DNA of 64,000 nt from Octopus vulgaris (Eukaryota): assembly GCA_951406725.2 (NCBI GenBank), contig OX597834.1:9424001-9488000 (forward strand). The letters are read 5' to 3'. The notes under the pieces were generated by a model. It saw only the letters and a program-made list of their open reading frames with translations. It did no database searches and was not told the DNA's origin. Positions 25,503 through 37,487 of the stretch are shown in pieces (positions within the stretch are counted from its first letter, which is position 1; every line of letters begins with the position of its first letter). The position numbers were made by a program, and so were the translations under genes.

Positions 25503-25998
25503 CTTCTTCTTCTTCTTCTTCTTCTTCTTCTTCTTCCAATTAGGACTCACGCCATTAGCCACAAAGAATAATCTCTAATTCGAGCCTCTCTAAGGTACTA
25601 AAAATGCGTGTGGCAACTTGACGATCCACCCACCACACGCAATAGACTGGCGGTTGCACAGGCGCGAAAGCTCATTCCGTAAACGGTGGCTTTTAACGGG
25701 TGGAGAGCTGAACCATCCTGGGGTACAGAGGATTTGCAATCTAGACTAAGGTCTGAAAGTTTACCACACCATAGTGGGTTACACCATGGTTCCTCTGCTT
25801 TGTGGCAGAAGTAGGAAGGAGTGAGAGAAAGTTGTGGGGAAAAAGTACATCGGGGTTCACCACCACCCCACGTCGGAGCCTCGTGGAGCTAAGCTGTTTT
25901 TACACTATAAACACTCACAATGCCCGGTCTGGGAATCGAAACCGCGTTGTTACGACCGCGAGTTCAATGCCCTAACCATTGGGCCATTGCGCCTCCAC
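25503..25998 (-). mobile_element. tRNA-derived SINE with a family-C head, a different 3' region and a (GAA)n tail
   Basis: Minus strand begins GTGGAGGCGCAATGGCCCAATGGTTAGGGC...GGTTTCGATTCCCAGACCGGGC; runs to a (TCT)n block at ~25503-25537; the 3' extent is inferred. Confidence 0.65.
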
Positions 25999-26049
25999 TC
26001 ATGCTGTTGCTGCTTATGTGGCTGCTGCTTGTTGGTGATTCCCACGCTA

Positions 26050-26928
26050 GGCATGGGGGCTGCATTTTTGAGATTAGAGGGCTGGTCGATTACATCGGTT
26101 CCATAAATTCAACTAGTGTGTATTTGATCGATCACGACAATATGAAAGGCAAAATGTGATAGCGGCGATATTTGATCTCTGAACGTAAGGAACATAAAAA
26201 AATTATACTAAGCATTGTGTCCGACGTGCAAATGATTCTCCCACCTCGCCATCTTAATGATTTTTTTCTATCTTTGCCACAAGCCCAACAATTTTTAGGG
26301 AGAGAAACAAATAAATTAATCCAATTTCTGTACTTGATGGGTACTTTATATTGTCGATGACGAAAATATGTAAGGCAAGTTAAACTCGGTGCGATTTGAT
26401 CTCAGAATGTAAGAATTAGAAATATAAGCAGCAAGACACGCAAAAGCGAGAACCATCCTGCTTGCTTACCGACATTGCTTCTTATATTGACATAAGGACA
26501 GTAATTCTGAGGAGACGAGTTTGTTGATATCATCGATCTCCCCCACCATTTGACAGGAATTTAATTTTATTATGACCGGAAGAATGTAATATAACTGTGA
26601 TCTTAGCTTAATTCGAACTCAGAATGCAAAGTTTCGTAACCGAAAGTGGCAATATACTTTTATCAGTTTTATTAATACGACGAGTCCACTTTTATTAATT
26701 AATTAATTTTTTATATTTTATTTGCGACAAGAACTGCTTATCCGCAAATAACAGTTAATATTACCATTGTGAATGGCACTTCGTCTACATTCTGAGTTCG
26801 AATTTCGTCAGCTTTACCTGTCATCATTTTGCGGTCGATAATATGAGTAGCAACTGAGTACTGGAGTGGATCTAATCGAATTATGCCACCCTTCAACTTG
26901 TTGGCCTTGTGCCACAAATTTTAGACCA

Positions 26929-26930
<2 letters not shown>
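26050..26930. mobile_element. Cluster of about four decayed family-B SINE copies (three minus, one plus)
   Basis: Repeated degenerate TCGATTACATCG, ATTTGA.CTCAGAA and TTCTGAGTTCGAAT motifs. Confidence 0.55.
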
Positions 26931-26975
<45 letters not shown>

Positions 26976-27799
26976 TTAAGATATTGATAAAGATGTCAAT
27001 GATTATAATTAGGCATCCTTGGAGGAATAAATATGTTTTAGCCAGCAGTGTATCATATTTCATGTACGTATATCGTAAAAACAAATTAACTGCGGTATTC
27101 TTCTGGGCATAGTATTCCTTATGGACGCACTGTGTTGAAAATCAAAAAAAGCCTCTATCAGCAGCTAACGAAGATCGTCCGGCAGCGTGGTGAGCATGCA
27201 AGATGCATATTTCTGCATTTGTGAGCTTTTATAGTGGCACGTACTAAGTGCAAGGCGCATACTAAGAAGAAATCAGTCGCTAGTGATATAGGAAGACAGT
27301 GACTGAAAATTCACTGATGCAATTAGGTGTCCGGTTGAATAAAAATTCGGTATATGCAATAGGTCTTAATCAGTTTTGCATATGAAAATGAAATCTAAAA
27401 CAGAAAATTTATGAATACAAAACAGCAAAATAGGAATGTAGATTGACCAATAAAATTTGAATTAGTGTAGCAAAATCTGCATGGATTAATAGAAGCTGCA
27501 GGAAGAAGTCAAAGAGCAGCTTAAGAAAATCGTATTAAGTGGTTAAAGTTCTAACCAAATAATGCGAATCTAAACGTCAAGGTAAGATGGGATCATACGA
27601 ACAAAATGAAATGGAGAGTCTTTGATTGATTCAGGGAATATTCTGAGAAAGGTTATATCCACAAAATGGAAATAATTAGGTGTTAAAATAATTGACAAAA
27701 ATATTCCCGTTAATACATATTTGAAAAGGAGAAAACATTTAAGGGGTTATACAAGCAATTATGAAACTATGAATTAATACATTTGCTAGAAGAGATAAG

Positions 27800-29570
27800 G
27801 TAATTGTAAAACTGTAGAGTAGGAAGGTGAATATGTCGCTGAGGTTAGTTTGATGTTTGTAATAGCATATTTCGGAATAAGGAATAGTTTAGTGAAAGGA
27901 GAGAAATAATTGCTGTAGCCCTGCCAAAGAAGGGATATAGTGTAATATGTGGAAACATCTGTAGAAGTAGATTATTTATCCGGCCAAATGAGATTCTGCT
28001 ATGTGTTTTAATATTCTTGGATGAAATCAAAAGTTAAGATGGAGCATAGTTGAGCACACTGCTTTCCAAGAAAACAGAAGCACTTTTGAACAATTTTGTA
28101 AAATAGATATTCTACTACACGCACACTAGAAAATAATACTTGGAATTCTAGTTAAACTTTAAACGCACCTATAAAAACCTTTTGACGATGAGAGGTTCGG
28201 TTCATCATGATTTGGTGAAGCAATACAAAATATCAATCTACAAACACTAAATGTTATGAAGCAGTTTTAGAAACCTGGTATTTGATTGCAAGTAACAGTT
28301 TTAAATTAGCAGCTTTAGTCAAGATTGTGTTGTGTAGCAACCATCTTTCCTTCCTTGCGATTGAAGAATATATAATGACGGAAAACGCGGGTCATTGAAC
28401 GGTCATTTATGTGCGTAGTAGAGAAGGCATTAACATCCATCTAACTCAAGATGTTAATAGGAGCTGGCAGAATCGTTACCGCTCTGGACAAAATGCTTCG
28501 TGGCATTTCTTCCGGTTTTACATTATAAGTTCCAATGCTGCCGAGGTCAGTTTTGCTTTCATCATTTCGGGATCAATAAATAAAGTAGCAGTTGGGCACC
28601 GTGGTCGATGTAATCGACTTCACTATCCCCTGAAATTTGCGCTGGCCTTGTGCTAAAATTGGAAATAAATTAATTGGATAACTCCAACAATTAAAAACAC
28701 GTCTTGATAGAATTGCAAAAGGAGAGGGAATAGAAATAAATGATTTAAAAACGAATAAAATTATGACAACTGGTAAAAAAAAAACAATGAAAGAAGGAAA
28801 ATATTCAATCGTGTTAAAGTAATAATGAAGATGCTTCAACAAGTTGATGAATTTTAACATTTTGGAACGGTAAAAAATAGAAGGAAATAAAATAATAATA
28901 ATAAAAAGAAATAATAATATTAGGAGATATTAGATCGAGGAGAGAATTAAAATGTCTAAAAGCAGCAGATATGGCGATTTTAGCCAAATTAGACCCTGCT
29001 TGATAAACAGGAAAAATAATACCATGATAATGATAATAAAATTTCTGGTTCTTTTTGGGTTTTTTTTCAAGAGTATTGCTAATTTCAACTGCACTTTATG
29101 AGTGCGAATTATGGACATTAGATTCTGAAACGACAGAAAAAGACTATAGAGCTTCAAATGAAATGCTTGCTTCAAATTCCATATACAGAACATCAAACTA
29201 ACGAGTGTTTATAAATAATTTGTTGGGAAAAAATGCAGAGCACGAAACTCTTCTGCCAATTGTTAAAAAAAGCTGGAAAATAAATTGGTTTGGTTATATG
29301 ACATGACACCACAACGCCCCATTTCTATTGAATATGGTCAGGCACGGACACACTTTTGGTAAAAAAAAGAGAGGTGCAGGGGGGCACTACGATGTGCTTG
29401 GTTGAACGACATCAAGGAATGGACATTGAGGAAGATGAGGATGCTGCTAGCAGCAAAACATAATATGGTTGGGTGAAGATAGGGAAACTAGGAGCGTGTG
29501 AATAGGTTGCGTCTGTGCTTGTGCACTAACAGTCTCTCCATTGGCTATGAATTTTGATTGATCGAATGAT
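27800..29570 (+). mobile_element. Decayed RTE-clade LINE (reverse transcriptase and C-terminal remnants)
   Basis: Interrupted translations match RTE motifs: VALPKKG (~27915-27935), AFQENRSTFEQ (cf. AGFRxxRSTxEQ), ALYECELWTL (cf. LYGCESWTL), IPYTEHQTNE, KINWFGYMT, WLNDIKEWT (29399-29425); many stops and frameshifts; 5' limit uncertain. Confidence 0.85.
28458..28665 (+). mobile_element. Family-B SINE nested in the RTE relic
   Basis: GAGCTGGCAGAATCGTTA...GCCGAGGTC...GGTCGATGTAATCGACT...GGCCTTGTGC. Confidence 0.8.
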
Positions 29571-29616
29571 TATAATAAACACTACAACGATAATAATAAC
29601 AACAACAACAACATCA

Positions 29617-29651
<35 letters not shown>

Positions 29652-30206
29652 GAATTATAGTTTTGCCTCAAAGGCAACACAAATACAAAGTATTTAAATA
29701 TTTGGCGAGGAAAAATATTTGAAACACTTGTATAAATCAACATCGATTTCAATATTCTACTGCTACTACTATTACTACTACTAATAGCAGTAGTGGTAGT
29801 AGTAACAGCAGCAGCTGTTGCAAAGTCAAAGGTCTACTTCGAAGTAAACCATAAAAAGTATTTGCACAAAATCTTAAAGGGCAAAGAATAAGAAGCCGAG
29901 AGGGTGAAAATTTAAGAGAGAACAAAATCAGACGCCAAGTATGTTATTAAATTAATTATATCTAAGATAAATTAGAAAAATTTACGCGCACGAAAACACA
30001 CACACACGCACACACACACATACATATGCATACGTACATACATACACACATGTATACAATATATATATTATTATATCATACAATATATGTATATAAAATA
30101 TGTGTATGCTTGTATATCTACACGCTTTAATCTGAATGGCAAGTGCCTGATTTACACATAAATATATACATGTATGCTTGTTTCTCTCTTTTTTTCCTCC
30201 CTCTCT

Positions 30207-30272
<66 letters not shown>

Positions 30273-30273
<1 letters not shown>

Positions 30274-30441
30274 ACTCTTTACTCTTTTACTTCTTTCAGT
30301 CATTTGACTGCGGCCACCCCAGAACTTATACTTTTGTAAGCCCAGTACTTATTCTGTCGGTCGCTTTTGCCGACCGCTAAGTAACGAGTACATAAACACA
30401 CCAGCATCAGTTGTCAAGCAATGTTAGGGGGGCAAACACAG

Positions 30442-30491
<50 letters not shown>

Positions 30492-30651
30492 GACGGGCTT
30501 CTTTCAGTTTCCGTCTACCAAATCCACTCACAAGGCATTGGTCGGCCCGAGGCTATAGCAGAAGAAACTTGCCCAAGATGCCACGCAGTGGGACTGAATC
30601 CGGAACCATGTAGTTGGTTAGCAAGCTACTTACCACACAGCCACTCCTGCG

Positions 30652-30653
<2 letters not shown>
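30273..30653 (-). mobile_element. Family-A SINE with a small internal deletion near the tail
   Basis: Ends TACCACACAGCCACTCCTGCGCC; lacks the GCTGGAGCACC...TCGA segment present in the 61348 copy. Confidence 0.9.
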
Positions 30654-30726
<73 letters not shown>

Positions 30727-31236
30727 ATATGTGTGCGTGAAGCATTTCTAGTTGCTAATGGAAAGTTATCGTGTAGTTTTATGTGGGTGCGTGAGCGCGT
30801 GTGCTTCATGGGAAGCACTCTTAGCTTTTTTTTATACCGGAAATAAAGGGATTAGGGAAATGGGCCGCTAATGAAAGAATAGGTTTGAATGATTACGGGA
30901 CAGAAGACGAAGCATGGCGAGTAACGAAAAAGTAGGAAAGTATGGAAGTACTTGTAAGCAGAGAGTTGAAAGGAAAATTAAGACGTGGGTGTTGCTGAAG
31001 GATGGTGGTCTAGGCTGGGATGAGAGAAGACGAGTCAAAGATGTGCTTAGAAAAAGGATTGGCTTTAAAAAAAATACGTGTATAAATGTGTGTGTGTGTG
31101 TGTGAGTGTGTGTGTTTGCTGTGCTCTGCATATGTGTGTCTCCATATATATAAGTGTGTGTGTATATCTATATATCTATCTATCTACCTATCTTTCTTTC
31201 TGTCTGTCTGTCTATCTATCTATCTGTGTGTCTGTT

Positions 31237-31289
<53 letters not shown>

Positions 31290-31340
31290 CTATCTATCTA
31301 TCTATCTGTCTGTCTGTCTATGTATCTATCTATCTGTCTA

Positions 31341-31371
<31 letters not shown>

Positions 31372-31878
31372 GTCTGTCTGTCTGTCTGTCTGTCTGTATA
31401 TGTATGTATATATATATATATATATATATTTCTATTTTCTTTAGGGCGAATCATTACGCCAATATTGGTGTCCGATTACAATGGGGGACAAAAATGTTGC
31501 CGACGAGGTTGATCAACAAGTACACGCTGCCACAGCAGCAACAGCAGCAGTGGCTGCAACTGTTGTTGTTGTTGTTCTTGTTGTTCAGGATGATGATGAT
31601 GATGATTGTAAGCATTATATGTCGGCGAAGAATACAGGGAGTGTTGATTAACTTATGTGACTCGCAGCGTGTAGCATTTTGCAGGATGGTAACTGGGGTT
31701 TCTTGTAACGAGACGCGTTTAGTAGATGAAAGCCGTTTACTTCCGGAAGACATGGTGCTAGTGTCAGCACAAGAACATCTACAGGAATCAAAGTAACACT
31801 GTTGGCAATCATGAAGCTAATGATACAGACAATATCACGACGATGATGACAATGATGCTTCTATTACTAGAGATAATA

Positions 31879-32019
31879 TTAGGTTGTCCCAAAAGTTCGT
31901 AAACACTTGCGAAAATTGAATTTTTACTCGCCAAGTACAAACAAAAGCAACAAAAATTATTCCTCAAAATAAAGACCATTATTTTCCAAGACTTTCTACG
32001 AACTTTTGGGACAACCTTA
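31879..32019 (-). mobile_element. mariner-derived MITE, 141 bp
   Basis: TIR TTAGGTTGTCCCAAAAGTTCGTA / TACGAACTTTTGGGACAACCTTA; TA TSDs; minus strand encodes KVLENNGLYFEE*, a mariner-type C-terminus. Confidence 0.9.
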
Positions 32020-32060
32020 TAATAATAATAGTAGTGGTAGTAGTAGTAGTAGTAGTAATG

Positions 32061-32250
32061 GATTCAGATATTGGCACAAGGTGAGCAATTTCGGAGGGGT
32101 GGGTGGAAGCTGATTACATTGACCCCAGTGCTCGACTGGTACTTTATTTGTTGACATCGGTTTAATTTGAACTCAGAACGCGAGGAAGACCGAAAAATAG
32201 CGGTATGCATTTTTTCCGGCGTGCTAACGATTCTGCAAGCTCGTTGCCTT
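32061..32250 (-). mobile_element. Diverged family-B SINE
   Basis: GACCCCAGTGCTCGACTGGTACTT...TTTGAACTCAGAACG...GTGCTAACGATTCTGCAAGCTCG. Confidence 0.75.
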
Positions 32251-32399
32251 TATGATGACGGTGAAGAGGATAATAATAATACTAATAATAATAATGATGA
32301 AGATGATGATGGTGAAGAGGATAATAATACTACTACTAATAATAATAATGATGAAGATGATGATAGTGATAATAATAATAATAATAATAATAATTATAG

Positions 32400-32590
32400 C
32401 CTTTTCTACTATAGGCACAAGGCCTGAAATTTTAGGGAAGGGGGCCAGTCGATTAGATCGACTCCAGTACGCAACTGGTACTTAATTTATCGACCCTGAA
32501 AGGATAAAATGCAAAGTCGACCTTGGCGAAATTTGAACTCAGAACGTAACGGCAGCCGAAATACCGCTAAGCATTTCGCCCGGCGTTAAC
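32400..32590 (-). mobile_element. Family-B SINE, (ATT)n-tailed variant, 5'-clipped
   Basis: CTTTTCTACTATAGGCACAAGGCCTGAAAT...CTGGTACTTAATTTATCGACCC...GCATTTCGCCCGGCG; adjacent (AAT)n. Confidence 0.85.
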
Positions 32591-32779
32591 AATCCTTTCT
32601 CCTTTGGTTGAAATTTTTATCCAGAGGGTTGAAAATTTGGTAGAACGAAGAGTAGAATACACAGACCTGAGTTCTAGATGCTATTTATTTTATTGATCTT
32701 GAAAGGATGAGGAGCAAAAGCAACCTCACCAGATCTTCTCCCTCAAGTTTCCTCGTCTGATACGCTGCTGTGTTAGAGG

Positions 32780-33000
32780 ACGGTGATGATGATGATTATG
32801 TTGTAGATGATGATGATGAAGACATCAATGGTGAAGACGACAACAACGAAGTTGCTGATGCTAATGATGATGAGGATAATGAGAATCATAATGAAGATGA
32901 TGGTGATGATGACGATGATGATGAAGGTGATGACGATGCTGATACCGATGATGTCGATGATGATGATGATGATAATGATGATGTCGATGATGATGTTGGC
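32780..33000. repeat. Degenerate (GAT)n repeat
   Basis: Directly visible; produces the poly-D and poly-M ORFs. Confidence 0.85.
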
Positions 33001-33848
33001 AGTGGTGGCGTCAGTGTGCGATGCCGACACCATCAACGTCAAACACGGCGTACGTTACTTAAAAAAAACTGTTATTTGGTATGCAGAACGTTATCGCTAG
33101 ACTCTGCTCATTGATAACTTTCACCAATACACTGCAGTTATCAGTATAACAATCACCTCTACGACAAAAGCAAGAGCAACAGCAAATAGAACAGCAACAA
33201 CAAGACGTAGTACAATAAAGAACATTGATTACAATCCACCCCACCACCATCGAACAGACAACAAACTCACGCCGCAGCCACCAACACTGCTCTGAAAAAG
33301 AAAAAACACAGACGACTGAGAAGTGTGAGATGTAACGAAATCAATGGCATGTAATAAGGATAAAGGAAGAGTAGAAGGAAGAGAAGAACATTTAAGAGAA
33401 GTAGGAGGTGGGTGAAGAGCTGGCAGATAAAGACTGAAACCGGATTAGGAGGTTAATAATAGCAGAGATAAAGCCTGACTCCGTTGGTCAACACTCAGAG
33501 GAATATCGGAAGAATAAAAGGATAAGAGCCAAGTGCAGACACAACATGTATAACACACATTCTTTTACAACAATATCCATCAAATGCATATATATATATA
33601 TAGTATTTCATACATAAATATAAGTGGGAATTTTTTACTACTATGTAGAAACCCTTATGCTAGAAGAAGATCCGCTATGATCTTAACCACTAAGAATTGT
33701 TCTCCAGATAATTTAGCACACCTGAAACGTAAGACAAATGAAAAGTAACAAAAACATAGATTAATTATAAACAATTGTTTCACTATCAACAAATTACGTA
33801 ATTTTACTTACATAATTTATCTGCAGATCGTCGGTATGATCGTCTATG

Positions 33849-33896
<48 letters not shown>

Positions 33897-33944
33897 GCAC
33901 ATATAGCTACGTGTTATATATATTTATACATATGTACATGCACG

Positions 33945-34021
<77 letters not shown>

Positions 34022-35285
34022 CTGAGAGAGAGAGGGAAATTGAGTCCAAAACAAGTTTATATTATGAGTTTTTACGTATGTTTCAACATTCTTGGTGTTT
34101 GGAATCCTGTATTGGATATTTATATTTGGATTTTAAACCGGAACAGATCTCCAGGTATCACCACGTTGCATTTTTTTGCCTATAGCTGATGTATGTAAAT
34201 ATACGCATATATTTCCATACTTACAAACAGATGCTATCCCTCACAGACACAAATGCACACAGACAAAGAAGTTGCAGTCTTGTCGAAGGTTTAAGAACTT
34301 TGATTCTCAAGTATGATATCGTGGTTTCCTTTTCTCTGCATGGATGCTTAGACAAAATTAATTTCTTTTATCGCTTTGTGAGCGCCTCATACATTGGAAG
34401 TGAAACAGACTAGACGGAAACTGAATTAAAAGCAGTCTGATGGGAAGTACTAGGAATTCGATGGGGCACTCCTTATCACGAACTGCGTGACGTTAAATTA
34501 ACCTGAGAATTATTTTAAGGGTTCACGTGGTGATGGAGTGCTCAGTCAAAAGCAGATTCATTTCAAATATACGTAAATCAAATATAGGTAACCTGATGGT
34601 ACAAGTGATTCTGCATAGACGAACGGGCGGACAACTGAGTCCTCATTGTCGAATGGAAGAAATCGTCACATAGATTTAGATGAATGCTTATGTGTGTTTG
34701 TGTGTGCGTGCATGTGTGTGTGAATGTATAAGTGAATGTTAGAGAGATAAGTATGCGTGTGTATCGACGATATATCTTACTTAGCGTTTATATTAAACAT
34801 ATATATGTACCTATATACAAACCCCAGATGAGTCACACTTGGGACAAAACCACATAGGAACTCAAACTTAGATAACTAAGATCGTTTTTGCAACCAACGA
34901 CAACCAACAAGAAGAGTTTACTGAATTCAGATTCAATATTTGATACATTGTGGAACATACTTAGAAACACACCGATACCAAGAACAGAAAATAATGCTGT
35001 TAGCTGGAACGGCTTTAATCATAGAAATTTAGCTAAAATTTAAGAACGCACTGAATAGCAGTTGTCAAATTGCTTCTATATTCTAGAATACAAATTTGCA
35101 TGTCATTCTGTTGGCATCTCAAATGGTTTTCGGTTGATTGAAATTACATACGGAATTCTACTGAGGAAAAGAATTTCAAAAACATATGAATATAAGTGAG
35201 TGTGCGTGTGTATATATTGTACATGTAATTTTATATACAGATGAGTGTTTATATGTATGCATACATACATGCATTCATACTTACA

Positions 35286-35320
<35 letters not shown>

Positions 35321-35325
<5 letters not shown>

Positions 35326-35470
35326 GCGTATGCTTGTATATGTATGTATGTATATGCGTATGCTTGTATATATATGTATGTATATGCGTATGCTTGTATA
35401 TATATGTATGTTTGTATATGCGTATGCTTGTATATGTATGTATGTATATGCATATGCTTGTATATATATG
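35321..35470. repeat. Minisatellite, about 5 x 30 bp (TATATGCGTATGCTTGTATATRTATGTATG)
   Basis: Units at 35321, 35351, 35381, ~35415 and ~35445. Confidence 0.85.
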
Positions 35471-36132
35471 TATATATTTGTGCGTGTCAATAGGCAAGGA
35501 GCGGAAATATATAAACCCATACGTATGCGCATACATATATGAATGTATTCGATATTAAGAGGTCTTTTATTTAAAAGTATTGTAAAACTGGCATTTAAAA
35601 ATACACAGCAATTCTTGCCCTTTGTTTTTTGTTTTTTTTTTGTTCTATAATCCGTTTTGTTTTTCGAATTCAATAATATTGCAATCCTTTACTTTATATT
35701 TGCCTCATGCTTATCCGATGGCTTCTTTCTATGTTTTTGCAAATCATTTTTTTATAGCATGTCATGAAAATTCGCGAGGCCTGATATCTGCGTACACACA
35801 AACGCACGCACACACACCTATCTCTGTATCTACACACAAATACAGACCTCCCTCTCTCGCTCTCTCTCTATACATTCACACATATATTTATATATTTACA
35901 GATATCTTTTTTTCTTTCTTTATCTTTATGTAAATATGTGTGCGTGTCTGTTCAGGTATATGCATGTGTGTGTGCATGCACAGGATAATTAAGACGATGG
36001 ATTTGAATTCAAATTAAAACACAATAATTTTCGTTGCCATTGTTCAATAAGAAAATAATAATAGCCAAATTTACACTAACAATATGCATATAAATATTAA
36101 TGATTTTTGCTATAATAATAATAAAAAATAAT

Positions 36133-36495
36133 AACAAGGGCATTCAGAAAACGTAAGCCTCCACCAAGACAACACCAACTTCCTCTGAACGATTAGCCAG
36201 AGAGGATTTTTAAAATGAGAATATCTGAAATCAACTGCTCTCACAAACGAGTATATTAAGAATGAACCCGACCACCCTCGGAAATTACGTAAAAAAAATC
36301 AGGAAAAGTTATCCAGTATCCTTGTCTAGTACCTGATCGATACCAAAATCTAAACAGTTCGTGCCAGTCACAACGCCAAACATCCCTGAATGTTTCATCC
36401 GAATCCATTCCGCGGTTCTTCAGATATCTTGTCTACAGTAAAACAAACAAACACGACTGAAACAATACTTCCGCCTTAACGAAGGCAGCGGTAAA
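36133..36495. mobile_element. Helentron/HINE-like non-autonomous element
   Basis: One end AACAAGGGCATTCAGAAAACGTAAGCCTCCACCAAG, other end a hairpin CTTCCGCCTT-aacg-AAGGCAGCGGTAA preceded by an (AAAC)n run; subterminal-repeat plus hairpin layout typical of HINEs; classification from recollection. Confidence 0.55.
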
Positions 36496-36980
36496 AACAG
36501 GGCTACAGCAAATATTCTTCACAATACCGCAGATTTGCTTGTCATTTATTTGACCATTACCAGTTGAACGTGTCTCTTAGTGGCTGAGATTACGTGCATC
36601 TCTGATCACGAGCAGAAGTTATGGGGGAGCATTATAGCTAGGAATTATTGGGGGTTTGAATAATTCATCTCTGGAAACATGGACGTTTTGTTCGTCACTC
36701 TGAAACGAACCTTATTCCAGGACCTTTTGTGCGGGATGGACTACTCGACCTGAAGAAAATATTCTCCACAAGTTAGGTCATTCACTGTGTATCTTGATAT
36801 AAGGTCAACGTATCGTGCACATATGTTTGTGATATGATGTAACCGGTGTACCCATAACAGACTGGTAGTCATGATGCGTATATTGGACTTCGTATATTTT
36901 ACCCCAGTGTCACATTGATGGGATGCACTGCTCTCTTATTCAATAATGATAATAATAGACAATGAGTAAATCTGAAATAT

Positions 36981-37070
36981 GGTGGAATTTGAACTCAGAA
37001 CGTAACGACAGACGAAATACTGTTAAGCATTTCGCCCGGCTTTCTAACGTCTCTGCCAGCTTGCCACCTT
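36981..37070 (-). mobile_element. 5' half of a family-B SINE
   Basis: GGAATTTGAACTCAGAACGTAACGACAGACGAAATAC...CTGCCAGCTTGCCACCT. Confidence 0.85.
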
Positions 37071-37075
37071 ATATA

Positions 37076-37400
37076 TCTCTATATATAAAACTGAAATGCG
37101 TTTTTACCACTTGGATCGCTTTCAATGCCACTACATCCCGTCCGATTCGCTCCCAAATTTACAGGGACATGTAGAATGAGGTGACGATGCTCGTGGGCTA
37201 CCTTAGAAATCCCTAGCCTAAAAGGTGTGGTTGCTAGGGGCCATCTTCCTCATTCACGCTATTTCCTCCAATACCCTCTCACTCCTCTTCAGGGCTAATC
37301 ATGTCCTAGGATAAAATTGGACGAAACCGAAATCTTTATTGTATAAGCAGGTCATAAACAACCAAGGGTTTCGATCTGTTTCAAGCTCAAAACGGCCAGA
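37076..37400 (+). mobile_element. Possible Helitron 5' end
   Basis: A|TCTCTATATATAAAA start followed by CCGATTCGCTCCCAAATT; no hairpin-CTRR 3' end found. Confidence 0.35.
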
Positions 37401-37415
37401 TCTTACCTTTCATAC

Positions 37416-37487
<72 letters not shown>

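Noticed and set aside
32770-33114. Acidic D-rich 114-aa ORF
   Set aside because: (GAT)n microsatellite; several frames on both strands are open
34463-34543. Imperfect hairpin GGGCACTCC...GGAGTGCTC
   Set aside because: Bulged and irregular, and lies in what looks like a very decayed SINE; not distinguishable from chance
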